Shown: piece by piece, positions 35,465-50,119 of the stretch
Numbering within the stretch: position 1 is the first letter of the stretch
Layout of the letters: each line of letters begins with the position of its first letter
Assembly: GCA_003693705.1 (NCBI GenBank)
Contig: RBZT01000789.1
Location: forward strand, 1 to 64,000
Length of the DNA: 64,000 nucleotides
Source of the DNA: Polymyxa betae A26-41
Lineage: Eukaryota > Protista > Endomyxa: Phytomyxea
Direction of reading: 5' to 3'
The notes under the pieces: model-generated
Databases searched by the model: none
What the model was told of the DNA's origin: nothing
Seen by the model: only the letters and a program-made list of their open reading frames with translations
Position numbers and translations under genes: made by a program

Positions 35465-37489
35465 ATGGTCCGGACCAAGAAGAAGGCCTCGGGGCATGCG
35501 GCGGATTTCAAGAAGGTCAAGCAGAGGGTCGGAGGGCGAAAGGTCGCCCCGGCCAATGAAACCCGAACCGAATTCCGTTCGAAGCGAATCAATGTCCCGC
35601 AGCAGATGCAGCGCCGCCCGGACGGCGTCGACGCCGGCCCGGACCTGAACGTCGCCGATCTGCTCAGCAAAACGCAGCATCACAACGCCCGCGAACGTCG
35701 CCAGGCCCTGGAACAGCTGCGCCGCGCTTTGCAACGTTTCCATGGTAACGTGACATACGCCGCCACGGTAACGAACATCATTCGGGTCGTATCACGTCTC
35801 ATTCTCGACGACGATGGCGGCGTCCGCCGCGCTCTGCATGGCCTGCTTCGATCCGCGGATTTCGCGCTGATCGCGTCGTTCGCTGCCGACCAATTACACC
35901 GCTTCGTTCTGGCTGCCATGACGCACCCTTCCATGGCGATCCGGGTCGATGGCGTCGCTGCCCTCGACGCCATCGTCGACGTGGCCGCCGGCGCCACGTC
36001 GGGTGTCCGCGAGCAGTATCTCTCTGCTATGGTCGCCGCCTTAACAGAGCGCACAGAGACCGACGCTCTCGGTCTCGGCAAAGGCTCGCTCAGCGCCGCT
36101 CTTCGCTGCTGTGTGGTGTTGCTGGCGACCGACACCCCAGCACCCCAAACCCTAAATCCTACCCCCAATCTCGCTCTCCTTCACACTCCAGATCCTTTCC
36201 AACTTCCCCCAACGCCTTCCGTGCCTCTCTCCGCCGACCTCATCGAACAGCTCGCCGCCACTCTCATCGAATGCGCTATCGAGAGCGCCGGCGACAACGC
36301 CTTCAGTTTATCGCTCTGTGTCCAGGGCCTGTACGCCTGCCTCGGGCCGCGCCTTCCCAAGACTATTTGCGATCGCGTTTGCGATCACATCCTGCCACTG
36401 TTCGAGGCGCCTTTCGCGGACCAAGATCTGAAGCTACAAATATGTCGTCTGGCGGCGTCTCTGCTACAATCTCTCCCAGATCATATGACGCCCTTCCTAT
36501 CACGATCATTGTCGTCATCGGACCTGTCGCTACAGATTCTGCTTCTAATCGACAACCTTCCACTCACGCTAACAGAAGCCTTCCTTGGCGCTCTTGAGAC
36601 CATCACGCCGTCGTCCGCCGTACTCGACGTCTGCCGGAGATTCTTCCCGCAGTTCAGCAACGACGTTCGCGAGCGCGTCCTGAACGTTGTCTCGCGACGT
36701 TTCGCAACCGCCAGCTCCGACGCCATCACATTGCTGCTGGATGGCGTCCGCCTCTATCAAACGCCATTCGATGCCCTTCTGCTCTTACACCAGATGAACC
36801 GCATCATACCGGCCGACCAGGCGCGGATCGCGGCTCTATTCGGATACGTCGAGCTCGGGACGGCGGCCCTGGCGCCAATGGCGTCGGCGGTCAGCGACGC
36901 CGCCATCTCCGTCACGGCACGATCGCTGCTGCTCGATCTCGTACTGGACCGCGCGCTGCTGCTGCCGCCCGACGCCGTCCTGTCCCTGCTGCTGACGGCT
37001 GCCGCGCATTGCGACGAGATGCTGCCGTCGGTCCGATCGGCGTTATCGCGCTTGGAGACGCAGCGCGCCGGTGTTTGCTCGGCGGCCTTCGATGCCATTG
37101 TCCGTCTGCTTCCGACCCGCGATGATCGTGGGCAAGTACGGCGGCTGGTGTCCGTGTCGGCCGGCTGTATGACGCTGGCGTCGCATCCGGAACGTATCAT
37201 CGAGCATGTTTGGTCTGTATGGGAGGAAGCGATCGATCGTCGGTCGTGTATCGAGATTGTATCAGCGGCGGCGATCATGCCCGAGGCGCTGTTGGCGTTC
37301 CTGCGCCAAACGACGTCGGTCGATGCGGATGCGTTCACGGCCTTGTTGGAGACCGAGGCGCTTCGGCGATGCTGGGTGCCGCATCGCAAATCGATCGAGG
37401 CGGTTCTGACATGTTTAACGCCCTCTCTGACCGATGCTCAGCGTCATTATGTGGATGCGGAAATGTCCATCATTTTTGGTCTGAAATGA
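35465..37489 (+). CDS. TEX10/Ipi1-like pre-rRNA processing protein (Ipi1_N, HEAT/ARM-like)
   Basis: MVRTKKKASGHAADFKKVKQRVGGRKVAPANETRTEFRSKRINVPQQ, LLSKTQHHNARERRQAL and AMTHPSMAIRVDG. Intronless. Confidence 0.88.
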   Translation: MVRTKKKASGHAADFKKVKQRVGGRKVAPANETRTEFRSKRINVPQQMQRRPDGVDAGPDLNVADLLSKTQHHNARERRQALEQLRRALQRFHGNVTYAATVTNIIRVVSRLILDDDGGVRRALHGLLRSADFALIASFAADQLHRFVLAAMTHPSMAIRVDGVAALDAIVDVAAGATSGVREQYLSAMVAALTERTETDALGLGKGSLSAALRCCVVLLATDTPAPQTLNPTPNLALLHTPDPFQLPPTPSVPLSADLIEQLAATLIECAIESAGDNAFSLSLCVQGLYACLGPRLPKTICDRVCDHILPLFEAPFADQDLKLQICRLAASLLQSLPDHMTPFLSRSLSSSDLSLQILLLIDNLPLTLTEAFLGALETITPSSAVLDVCRRFFPQFSNDVRERVLNVVSRRFATASSDAITLLLDGVRLYQTPFDALLLLHQMNRIIPADQARIAALFGYVELGTAALAPMASAVSDAAISVTARSLLLDLVLDRALLLPPDAVLSLLLTAAAHCDEMLPSVRSALSRLETQRAGVCSAAFDAIVRLLPTRDDRGQVRRLVSVSAGCMTLASHPERIIEHVWSVWEEAIDRRSCIEIVSAAAIMPEALLAFLRQTTSVDADAFTALLETEALRRCWVPHRKSIEAVLTCLTPSLTDAQRHYVDAEMSIIFGLK

Positions 37490-38317
37490 GAATCTAGTTG
37501 ATTATCACCCTCGATTTTAATCGCGGCCTTTAAATAAATCTATTCCAATCTCCATCTAAGACCGTCATTGTATTCAGCGCCAGCTAACTCGATCTCTTTT
37601 GTTCTTATCTCTTGTTGTGGCTTCGACTCGGTAACGTTCTTGTTTAACTAAGAGCAATCTCAAGAATCCAATCCAGGAGGTCTCGTCATTCCCTCTCAAC
37701 GTTGTATCGCGAGCTTCATCTGGTTAAGAGCAGGCGATCCATCGGCGTGCTATTGATAAACACATCGTGTCTTAAGTTCGTGCAAACCAACCTGAAACCA
37801 GATGCGATCGGCAAATCGAACTGGCTATCAAAAAGACCATTCTCATCGCTCGAGACTGCAAACAACGGGCCACGTTTATTGTTCTGGCTGTTTCCAAATG
37901 TGATAACACAGTTCGCTGCGTTTTCGTCAGGAGAATAATCGGCAACGAAAAAACTTTGTTCAGGTTTCAGAAGCCCAGTGAGATTGTGTGAACAGAATGA
38001 CATTGATGTGCGACAATGTTGTACAAGGTCATCGCTGATGCCGTTCTGCTCCATTGAAGGAACGACAATGAAGAGGTATGGGCCGAATTCGCAACGAATA
38101 TCCAGTAAAATCGACGTTCTCTAAATAGCATTCTGTGCGATCAGCGTGGCCATCCTGAAATACGTCTAAACGAGACAAACCCGCTTATCTGTTCTCAAAG
38201 CAACTGAAGCCTTCGAATGCCGAATAACAAAGGCGGAACTATTAAGAACCTGCCCATATAATATAGTCGAGAGGGCCACGGAGTCCGCGACGGCATCTTC
38301 ACTTCATTGTCAACAAG

Positions 38318-38972
38318 ATGGCGACCAACTATGCTGTCGAAATCAAGCTGTTCGGCAAGTGGTCGTTCGATGACGTCCAGCTGACCGACATCTCTCTGGC
38401 CGATTACATCGCCGTCAAGGAGAAGAACGCTCTGTTCCTGCCTCACTCGGCCGGTCGCTTCCAGACCAAGCGCTTCCGCAAGGCTCAATGCAACATCGTC
38501 GAGCGTCTCGTCTGCTCGCTGATGATGCACGGCCGCAACAACGGAAAGAAGCTGATGGCCGTCCGTATCGTCAAGCACACCTTCGAACTGATCCATCTGA
38601 TGACCGGCGACAACCCCATCCAGGTCTTCGTCAACGCCGTCCAGAACTGCGGTCCTCGTGAAGACTCGACCCGAATCGGGTCGGCCGGTGTCGTCCGTCG
38701 TCAGGCCGTCGATGTCTCGCCTCTGCGTCGTGTCAACCAGTCCATCTATCTGATCACGACCGGAGCGCGGGCCGCCGCCTTCCGCAACATCAAGACCATC
38801 GCCGAATGTCTGGCCGATGAGATCGTTGCCGCCGCCGCCAACGACAACCAGAAGTCGTACGCGATCAAGAAGAAGGACGAAATCGAGCGTGTCGCCAAGG
38901 TATGTGAGAGTTTCGTTGTATCCCGTTGTGGCGTGGTTTCATTGAGCATTTGTGTCTTAGGCCAACCGATAA
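38318..38972 (+). CDS. RPS5: 40S ribosomal protein S5 (uS7)
   Basis: [12 protein letters not shown]...[13 protein letters not shown]...[10 protein letters not shown]...[11 protein letters not shown]|ANR*. GT-AG intron at 38900-38960. Confidence 0.98.
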
Positions 38973-39294
38973 ATTTGTTCGTTTGTTGCTTACATTTACC
39001 TCCTTTTGCAATAAACCATTCATCGTTCTTGATCTTCATCCTGCTTGTCTGTAATTTATAGATTAAAATCGTTCGCGAATTTGGATCACTGCTAGAAGAT
39101 TCTGGTTCTATGAGATCTGTGTTTTTTTTGCAGCTGAGAAACGATAGCTTTGGCAGAAATGATCTTAAAAGTCTGAAATAATTGTCATCGTCTTGGATTT
39201 AAACGAAACATCGCCAACAACTACATTTTACTGGAGATTTCCGTAATCGAACAACTCGGCTTTTATATTAACGATAGATAACGAAGTATGATAG

Positions 39295-40712
39295 TCATCG
39301 CTGCACTGAGTTCGCAAGAGTTTCGAGGCTCTCAACAGAAACGGAAATAATCACATCTTTGACGTCCATCCCTTTCTCCAGGAACCTCAAATATTCATCG
39401 ACCTTCTCAAAGAACTTGCTTCTTTGCTCTATATTGGACTGATTAAAATGATAGACTGATCGAATAAGGATGATTACCGATTTCGATATCATTATGGCCA
39501 GCGCCTTCTACAAACCAACTATTCCGCAACATCAGATTGTAAGAAAAAAATAAAAGATATAGGCAAGCACTGACGGTTCGTATTTCTTTTGCGATTTCTC
39601 GTACAAGGTCTACAGACACTGTTAATCACAGCCAAGCAAGCAAAGCAGCAGCATAATTCGAAAAAGCAACAACGATAAAAAAGAAGAAGAAATAAGACAT
39701 GACAAAACTTACAGCGCCATGATGTACTGGAACTTCTCTATCATCGCATCCATGAATGATGTATATTGGGGCATGAACTTCACAGATGATGTCGACATTG
39801 CTATGTACCGACATTAGCAGACAGATCAACATGCAGCGATCGTCTTCATTACATACTTGAGAATATCAAACCAATGGGTCTTGTTTACCGGACGCATGAC
39901 CCGCATGCCAGACATCAATGGAGAATGCAGAATAACGCCAGCAATATCCTGTCGTTCGGAAGCCAATTCTAGGGTTGGAGAGGTTCCTAAAAAAACATTA
40001 AAAAACGATAAAACTATCCTAAGATTGACCTAAAGATTGCCCATATAAAATGATGGAGGATGGAGCGATTTGAAGCTCTTCAGTCATGTACTTGAACGCA
40101 GATTGGATATCTCTTGCAAGACGCGCTACCGAGGGTCGCCCGGTACTTTCTCCATACCTTCACAACAATGAGCTTGAAGTCTGGAAGCGAAGCGAATGGA
40201 TACCCCGAGTAATCGTAGGCGAAGATGTTGACTCGCAGCTTGTGGGCAAAATCTAGCAGATGGTCTCGCATGTATCCAATATCGGTCTAAGTAACCAATG
40301 AGAAGTAATTCGTCAAAAACTAGAAGGGAGACCAACAGCATTGCCATGTGAGAACAGGATGGTAAACCTGATATTTGGAGTCAGTGCATGAAAAAAGTAA
40401 TTTTGTCAGAAAATACACCTGGCCGTTGGTACTCGAGCGAAGAAAGCGGCGATCTTCCGCTTCTTGGATACGATGGAGCATAGGAGAAAATCGTCAGAAT
40501 GCACAGGGTTGTAATAGCTGCCGTCAGGCCCAATCAGGTAAAATGTTCGTGCTTCCAGGTCAAGATGGTATCCGGGAGGTGGGGGAAAGAAAACCAGCAC
40601 CCGGCAGACCCTATCTCGGCATCCAATGCACGTTAGGAACCCGAAGCAGCTATAGGGAATCAGGGAAGAAGTCGCAGAAATCGGTCGGTCCCTACCAGAA
40701 TATTCCACACAT
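39295..40712 (-). CDS. ABHD17: ABHD17-like alpha/beta hydrolase (depalmitoylase), multi-exon
   Basis: Spliced Cys-rich N-terminus MCGIFCCFGFLTCIGC, VFFPPPPGY, ILFSHGNA, NIFAYDYSGY, LYGQSLGT, ILHSPLMSG and IIHGCDDREVPVHHG. Confidence 0.9.
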
Positions 40713-41229
40713 CAATCAGCAGGGAACCATGAAGCACCTGAGCGAATGAATGAACGAGACTTTCGTCCGATTAGAGAGCTTTCCACTTCCAGCTCCAGGC
40801 TTCAGTACGGGAGCGGAGGAGCGGCCTTGCCTCTCCCCCAAATTTCTTTACATTTTTTTTTATTTTTTTTCAGCTAGACTCTAAAAGCATTTCCTTCTTG
40901 CAAATTTAGTTTGTAAGAAGCTGCCTATTTTTTTATTGCACTATTCGATTTTCTTGGTCGTTGATTGCAAAGCTTATACATGTAGAAACGGTATCTTCGC
41001 GTAGTTCTTGATTAAGAGTCGGGTATTAAGGCAGATTATGCATGCAGCAGCTCAGCTATACGATGGAACCATGCCTTCGTACCAGCTATACAGTATGTCT
41101 AGAATCCTGCATTTGGGAACGATTGGAAAATGGAGCGCGGCCTCCACATTCAAATAAAGGGATGCGCCTATCGACGACTGCCACTTAAGATTCTCTTAAG
41201 AAGTGTTCTCAATACGTTTACAACTTGAG

Positions 41230-44115
<2,886 letters not shown>

Positions 44116-44181
44116 TCATGAAACTATTTCAAAGCAGCAATGAGATAGGTTTGCAAAAGTCTAATACAGATGATTGCTCTT

Positions 44182-45291
44182 TCAATTTCGCTTCTTGGAA
44201 CCATTTACCGACTTCGGTGTACAGCATCCGTAGTATAAGATTTGTAAAGTCAGGATGGCATTCAATGAGAACGACAACAGTAAATCATTTAGAACTGAAT
44301 CAGTCTAAGAATCAGAAACCAAGACCGCATTCGCTTTTTACCAGTCCAGCTAAATGCACCGGGATCGCCAAATGTAGTTGCAATTCTAGCGATATTCCCA
44401 GCGGTCTGAAGTCCTTGAGTTATCAGCGATAATTGTCCGGTTCCACAGGACTACAATCAAAATAATTAGGCCCGTTAGTTTGCAGATTGAGGTCAACTCT
44501 CTTTGTACCATGTAGTTCGTGAAAATCTGTGGCAATTTGCTAGCAGCGAATGCAAAAACGCAAGACTGTCTCAACAATTGAAGTTGGTTCTGACTAATGC
44601 CAGCTCCAGTCAGAGCGTATGCAAATACGGCATAGACGGCCACGAATGATGAAAGTGTGAAGACTGATCGCTTTCGACCAGAATACTTCCACAACAATCC
44701 AAGAATGATGAAATCTGAAAGTCAATCAATGCTGTACATCAGTAATATATTGATAAAACAAAACAGGGCAATTATGTTCGGATAAAGGCAGATCATGGTT
44801 GAATTTTCAAGGTACAGCAATACGTACTTTGAACTATAATGAAGCACGATTCACCATACGAGCTAAAAGGGACCCCAGTTCGAACAGCAAAGGCAATAGT
44901 AACCGATAAACTACAGAAGCATTAGCTCATAATCACACAGAAGCCTAATCATCTTACGCATAGACTTCCAGAAGGTACATAACAGCAGATAATCCTTTAG
45001 CGCTTCGCCCTAGAACAATTTTGATAATTTGGGGAAGCTTTAGAATGGCGCTGGCGCCGATAATCGCAAACCCGACTGCCTATACCATTGCATTAGACCA
45101 TGTAAACCAATATTGGATCGTTGGAGAAACGAGCAAACGAATTCAATGAACCTGCCGACCTTGCTTAAAGCGACAGTGGCACATTTCCGGTCTGTGTAGT
45201 TGCCCTGTTTCACAACGGTCTCATAGCAACGACCAGGAAGGAAACCGAGATCGCGGGCGACCGCGACCAGGCGCTCAAGCAGCGACGCCAT
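44182..45291 (-). CDS. MPDU1: Mannose-P-dolichol utilization defect 1 (PQ-loop) protein
   Basis: CATVALSK, KLPQIIKIV...AKGLS, PFSSYGES, ASKLPQIFTNY..TGQLSLIT and C-terminal KKRN*. Confidence 0.9.
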
Positions 45292-45430
45292 AACAATACC
45301 GCAATGTCTCTCTGGCCTCTCTCTACTCCGGTCAACCTCCAAACCCTCCTCGAGTCACGACAGCGTGTAACAAACATATATCGACTCTTCAGAGATGTTT
45401 TATGATTATCTAAGCATACGTATTGGGCTG

Positions 45431-46263
45431 TCAACGCTGCCGATATCGCCTTCTTTCCTGAAGGTTGATTCGGGTGTATGCTGAGCCGATTGCTGTTGGG
45501 GACTTTCTAGGTGATATCATGGCGTTCAATCGATCGATATCGCCCAGGACTTGGCTGTAACTCTGTGTCATTATTGTCGCGGCTTGTATCGCCGCTTTCA
45601 ACGAGGTGTCGTCTTCATCGTCTTCATTTTCGTCGTACTGTGTTATAACCGCTGTCACACTTTAAGTTTCCAAACATAGCCAACTAGCGATGCCTTACTT
45701 GACGAAAATCCGGATTCGTCATCCGATGCTGTATGAAACGGAGACCAGACTCGATCAAACATTGCCCGGCATGAAGTACATTCAGGTAATGTTGCTGCTG
45801 TTTCACGACCATTTCTCTTGTCATTAACTTCAGGCTCTTTGACTTCAATAAATACCTTTTTGTTTTCGTTGACGATATTCAATTCCTCTTGGTCATCTTC
45901 CAGATCATTAGAATTGCCATTTGCTTGTAGCTCGGATTCATCCAAATGGCTGCAATCAGATTCGGTAGATTTCGGCGATTCTCTCATCTCATCGTTTTCG
46001 ATTTTTGATCTAGCAGATGCTGAGGGCGATTCTGGCAGTTTCGGCTTACCATTAGCCAACGCTAATTGTATGCAATGATGGACCTGATTACGAGCCAGAA
46101 GCCTTCTTGCTACTGTCAATGGGTCGTTATCATATTCTTCGACAAATTCTTCGATAAAATGCTCATTCTGGACATTGATCTTGTCTCTGGCCCTGTTGTA
46201 CTCGTCGAACAATTGCTCTAATGAGTCTTTGCGACTTGATGAAATATGAGCCTCTGAACCCAT
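45431..46263 (-). CDS. Hypothetical acidic protein (2 exons)
   Basis: 202 aa ORF from ATG 46263 plus a downstream in-register exon 45431-45650. No family recognised. Confidence 0.55.
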
Positions 46264-46407
46264 AGATGGGAATATTGCTTCGAAGTTACGTACGCCAGTC
46301 CATGAAATATCTACTTTTTTTAGTCCAGAGTTCGAGGGGATAAAGGTTTTATTCTTCTAAATAAGATGCAACTTTCTTGAGCAATGATCAAAACATTAGC
46401 CATTTGT

Positions 46408-47415
46408 TCAAACTGATCCCGAACTAGGCGATGGCGTACCAGGCACTGGTGGAACTGTTAAAATAACCGGCGGCTGGGTTTCAGGTGGGCTTGTAGCAGG
46501 AGGCAAACTGCCAGGCGGGCAAGGTAACTGAGGAGGGACGTAGACTGGCGGCGTCTGTGGTGGAATTGTATAGATAACCGGCGGCTGGCTTTCAGGTGGG
46601 CTTGTAGCGGGAGGCAAACTGCCAGGCGGGCAAGGAACTTGAGGAGGGACGTAGACAGGCGGCGTTTGTGGTGGAACCGTAAAGATAACAGGCGGCGTCT
46701 GTGGTGGCAGCGTGTAGAACGGGGGCGAGGTTGCTGGAGGCGGCGTGTAGACAGGGGTTCCTGGCGGGATCGTGAAGACCTCAGGCGGCAGCGTTGGAGG
46801 GATACCGTTGATCGGAGGGGTGTATGGAGGCGGAATTGTGTATACTGGCGGTGTCCCAGGAGGAATCGTGAAGATAACAGGAGGAGGTGTTTGGGGTGGC
46901 TGGGTTTGGGGCGGTATGGTGAATATAGGCGGGATTTGGGGTGGTGGGGTCTGAGGTGGCATTGTTTGTGGCGGTAGCGTGTAGATAGGCGGGACAGGAG
47001 TTTCACATGGCTGCGTTGGAGGCGACGGCGGGATGGTCAAGATTACGGGCGGCGGCGTCGGTGGAGACGGCGTAACTGGTAAGATTACTGGCGGCGGCGT
47101 TGGTGGAGAAGGCGTAACTGGTAAGATTACGGGCGGTTGAGTTCCTGGTGGCTGCTCAGGACCAGGAGGCATGTATGGAGGCATCGTCTCGCATGGCTGC
47201 GACGGTGGCGTCGATGGTAGTGGTGGAAGTGTCAGAATTACTGGGGGCTGGCCAGGAGTCGGCCCTGGCGTCACGGGTACTGGAGGATATTCGGGGCCAG
47301 GTGGCACAGAGATCGTTCCACCCGATGGCGATGGTGTATAGTGATGGTGGTGATGACGATGGGCATCTGTAATAATTGCAGCAAGGGATAGGGCCAACAC
47401 CAGCAACGTCTTCAT
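46408..47415 (-). CDS. Secreted Pro/Thr/Val-rich repeat protein A (His-rich N-terminus)
   Basis: Signal peptide MKTLLVLALSLAAIITDA, then HRHHHHHY and repeats PPVI[LFY]T[VIL]PP, TQPP, PCxxP. Intronless with internal near-identical DNA repeats. Confidence 0.88.
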   Translation of the reverse strand: MKTLLVLALSLAAIITDAHRHHHHHYTPSPSGGTISVPPGPEYPPVPVTPGPTPGQPPVILTLPPLPSTPPSQPCETMPPYMPPGPEQPPGTQPPVILPVTPSPPTPPPVILPVTPSPPTPPPVILTIPPSPPTQPCETPVPPIYTLPPQTMPPQTPPPQIPPIFTIPPQTQPPQTPPPVIFTIPPGTPPVYTIPPPYTPPINGIPPTLPPEVFTIPPGTPVYTPPPATSPPFYTLPPQTPPVIFTVPPQTPPVYVPPQVPCPPGSLPPATSPPESQPPVIYTIPPQTPPVYVPPQLPCPPGSLPPATSPPETQPPVILTVPPVPGTPSPSSGSV

Positions 47416-48226
47416 CTTCAAAGCTCAGCTGCCAAGATGTTTAACGAATGAGCCAGAACTGCTGGCGCTGTGTGAGATCGATCTGCTTTGCTGCTTCCTC
47501 TCCATCAATTATCGTTTGAGGTCGTACCGGGTTAGTTCTTGGTGTCGGTTCCGTTGTTGGTATCGGCACCGATCTGTTCCGATAAGGCGGCCGAACGCTC
47601 CGATCCGTTCCGGTCAACCCGCCATCCATTTCAGGTGGCTCCATTCTGGCCCTTTTCTTAAAGAGTTCGAGGTGATAGAGACGTCAGCTCTTTTGTGAAA
47701 CATTCCAGTCCGATTCGCTTATCTCATCGTATGCCAATCTCTATGCGCAGCGCATTGCCAGCCTTCGATCTGCAGCGCTTGTTGAGTTAGATTTGATAAA
47801 TTGAGCCATGTGTGGTTGCTTGGTCCTTGCTATCATTACCTCAAACTCCATAGCTATCTATCAAACACGCGAATGGGAGCTTTCTTAGAAGCTTGGTTGG
47901 GGCTTCCTTCGATACTATATCCAGCATAGAGCTTAGACCCAAAAGATTTCACAGACTGAAACTTCTGGATTTTGTTTGGCATCATTGTAGCTTGATGCAA
48001 CTTCAGCAATATTGTCTGAAGTGCTTTTGACTTTATAATCGTTATCGGTCCGTAAATGACCGGTTCTGAGTAATGGACGAAAAGGTCTACTGTTTTATCA
48101 AGCAAGGTCACTTCCTACCGATCTTTACCAGCACGATTAATTCAGGGACCAAGGAATGTTTATTTGTTACAGTAAATGAAATTCATATGGTCATCGTTGC
48201 ATCACAACATTTTAGCATTATCAGAT

Positions 48227-48808
48227 TCAATTTGATCCAAAGCTGGGATATGAAGTTGGAACGGGTGGCTGAGTTTCAGGCGGGCATGGGTATGGTGGGT
48301 ATCCAGGTGGCAGCGTTTGAGGCGGGAGCGAGTAGATAGGAGGCGAGGTAGCTGGCGGCACTGTTAGTATCACAGGAGGCGTCGTGCCTGGAGGAGGCAG
48401 CGTGTAAACGGGAGGCGGCGGGACCACCACACATGGTGTCTGTGGCGGAGCCGTCTGTGGGGGGAAACTGTAGTAAGGTGGCAGAGTCTGAGGCGGAGCC
48501 GTCTGTGGAGGGAAACTGTAGTAAGGTGGCAGAGTCTGAGGCGGGACAGTCAGAATGACAACTGGAGGGGTGCCTGTAGGTGGAGGTGGGACGCCGTCGC
48601 AGGGTGGCGACGTTCCGACTGGTGGGACCGTCAAAATGACAGGCGGCTGGGTGCCACTCCCTGGCGGTGACGTTCCAGGCGGCAACGTTACCATCCCTCC
48701 CGATGGGTAGTCATCATTATCATAATAATGGTGATGACGATGACGACGATGAGCGTCCGTCAGCGTCCCGCTGACCAGGATCAGGGCCAGGATCGCTATC
48801 ACTTTCAT
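48227..48808 (-). CDS. Secreted Pro/Thr/Val-rich repeat protein B (His-rich N-terminus)
   Basis: MKVIAILALILVSGTLTDAHRRHRHHHYY..., SGG.VTLPPG, PPVILTVPP repeats, and a tandem PQTLPPYYSFPPQTAP repeat. Confidence 0.88.
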   Translation of the reverse strand: MKVIAILALILVSGTLTDAHRRHRHHHYYDNDDYPSGGMVTLPPGTSPPGSGTQPPVILTVPPVGTSPPCDGVPPPPTGTPPVVILTVPPQTLPPYYSFPPQTAPPQTLPPYYSFPPQTAPPQTPCVVVPPPPVYTLPPPGTTPPVILTVPPATSPPIYSLPPQTLPPGYPPYPCPPETQPPVPTSYPSFGSN

Positions 48809-48905
48809 CTGTTGACAATCTTGATCGTCTGCAAACACAACCGATTATAGAATGAGCCTGAGACCCGGTCTGTTCGCCAGGCAAAGATGGTCGGCCAGCT
48901 GCTGG

Positions 48906-49004
48906 TCGGTCGGTTCGCTCCGGTTTATTCATCCGATCCGCTCCGGTTGCTTGCTGCTGATCGGTCGGTCCGCTCCGGTTTATTCATCCGATCCGTTCCG
49001 GTTG
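48906..49004. promoter_or_regulatory. Duplicated 44-bp CCG-rich upstream element shared with neighbouring Pro-rich genes
   Basis: TCGGTCGGT[TC]CGCTCCGGTTTATTCATCCGATCCG[CT]TCCGGTTG at 48906-48949 and 48961-49004. The core recurs at 47599-47614 and 49981-50003. Confidence 0.6.
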
Positions 49005-49511
49005 GCTTTTGGTCCGCTGCTGTTCATCCATCTCACCAGTAGCTCTGGACGATCTGATCAGCTCTGGTAGACTTTTCTGTGCCAGTAAAGTAGATAGGCT
49101 CCAGTAATTCGATGGAAACTTAAACGTGCGAATCGTCGCGCCACTAAATGGCTGTGACGTTTCCTTACGCTCATCATCAAGGAATGGTCATTGATCGGAT
49201 TCTAGCCAACTTGATAGAGAAAATAAACAGGTTAGCGTGTTCTAGTGCAGGGAGTTTTGGGTGGTAGCTATTCTGCAACTCAACCATGCAGCCGACAGCT
49301 GTGATTAGTTTAATACAGGACCAAGAAAACTTGAAGGCTTCAACATATGATTCCGGCAAAAAGAATCTTATTGCAGCAAACAGCAATCAATACAAGTGCC
49401 ACCCACCTTTCCGAAAGGCACGATTAACTACGGTCGTACAATCCAATCCAATTCGATATAATTACTCGAAAATGACACATTTATTGGAACACTCTAACCT
49501 GAGTCAAACGC

Positions 49512-49904
49512 TCAGCCGTAATACGAACTTGTGCTTGGCGATGGCGTCGAGGGAGGCACAGTCAAGATAACTGGTGGCTGGGTGCCTTCAGGCGGAACGA
49601 TAACCGGCGGCTGAGTTCCTGGCGGAATCACAACTGGCGGCTGAGTTCCCGGTGGAATGACAACCGGCGGCTGGGATCCGGGCGGGTATATGACGCAAGT
49701 CACCCCCGGTGGGACAGTATAACCCGGCGGGAGCGTGTAGACTGGAGGCGTAGAATATCCAGGCGGCAACGTTCCATACGGTGGATATCCGGGCGGGAGA
49801 GTGTAGACGACCGGCGGCGTCGTTACAGTACCGCCCGACGAGTATTGGGCCTGAGATAGAAGAACATTGAACAGAACCAGAGCCAGGACCAGCAGCGATT
49901 TCAT
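49512..49904 (-). CDS. Secreted Pro/Thr/Val-rich repeat protein C
   Basis: MKSLLVLALVLFNVLLSQA, SGGTVTTPPVVYTLPPGY, (PPGTQPPVVI)n and C-terminal PPVILTVPPSTPSPS. Confidence 0.88.
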   Translation of the reverse strand: MKSLLVLALVLFNVLLSQAQYSSGGTVTTPPVVYTLPPGYPPYGTLPPGYSTPPVYTLPPGYTVPPGVTCVIYPPGSQPPVVIPPGTQPPVVIPPGTQPPVIVPPEGTQPPVILTVPPSTPSPSTSSYYG

Positions 49905-50119
49905 GTTGAACGAACCGAACTCTTTCCACAATGAATATCGTGCTGGGCGTTAGCGAGCTAGCCGCGATTGTCGTCGACGATATTCATCCGATCCCCTCCG
50001 GTTAATCGCCGGCCCATTCCAGTGAGGCCATCAGTTTCAAGAATGAATCTTTCGGCGATCGAATAGAAACAATGCATTACGCCCGAATGCAAACAACATT
50101 TTATAGAGCTGGAAGCAAT

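Noticed and set aside
35279-37497. Long antisense ORFs over the TEX10/Ipi1-like gene, and likewise 38195-38596 over RPS5
   Set aside because: Antisense shadows of GC3-rich genes.
37560-38054. Minus-strand 112 aa ORF with faint FHA-like look
   Set aside because: The key FHA residues (GR, SxxH, NG) are not convincingly present, so no product is assigned.
38900-39061. Apparent hydrophobic C-terminal extension of RPS5 in the ORF track
   Set aside because: Read-through into a GT-AG intron. Splicing restores the canonical ...VAKANR* end.
48906-49004. Repeat-spacer-repeat pattern resembling a mini CRISPR
   Set aside because: Only two copies with an 11-bp gap, eukaryotic context and no cas genes. 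Better explained as a duplicated promoter element.
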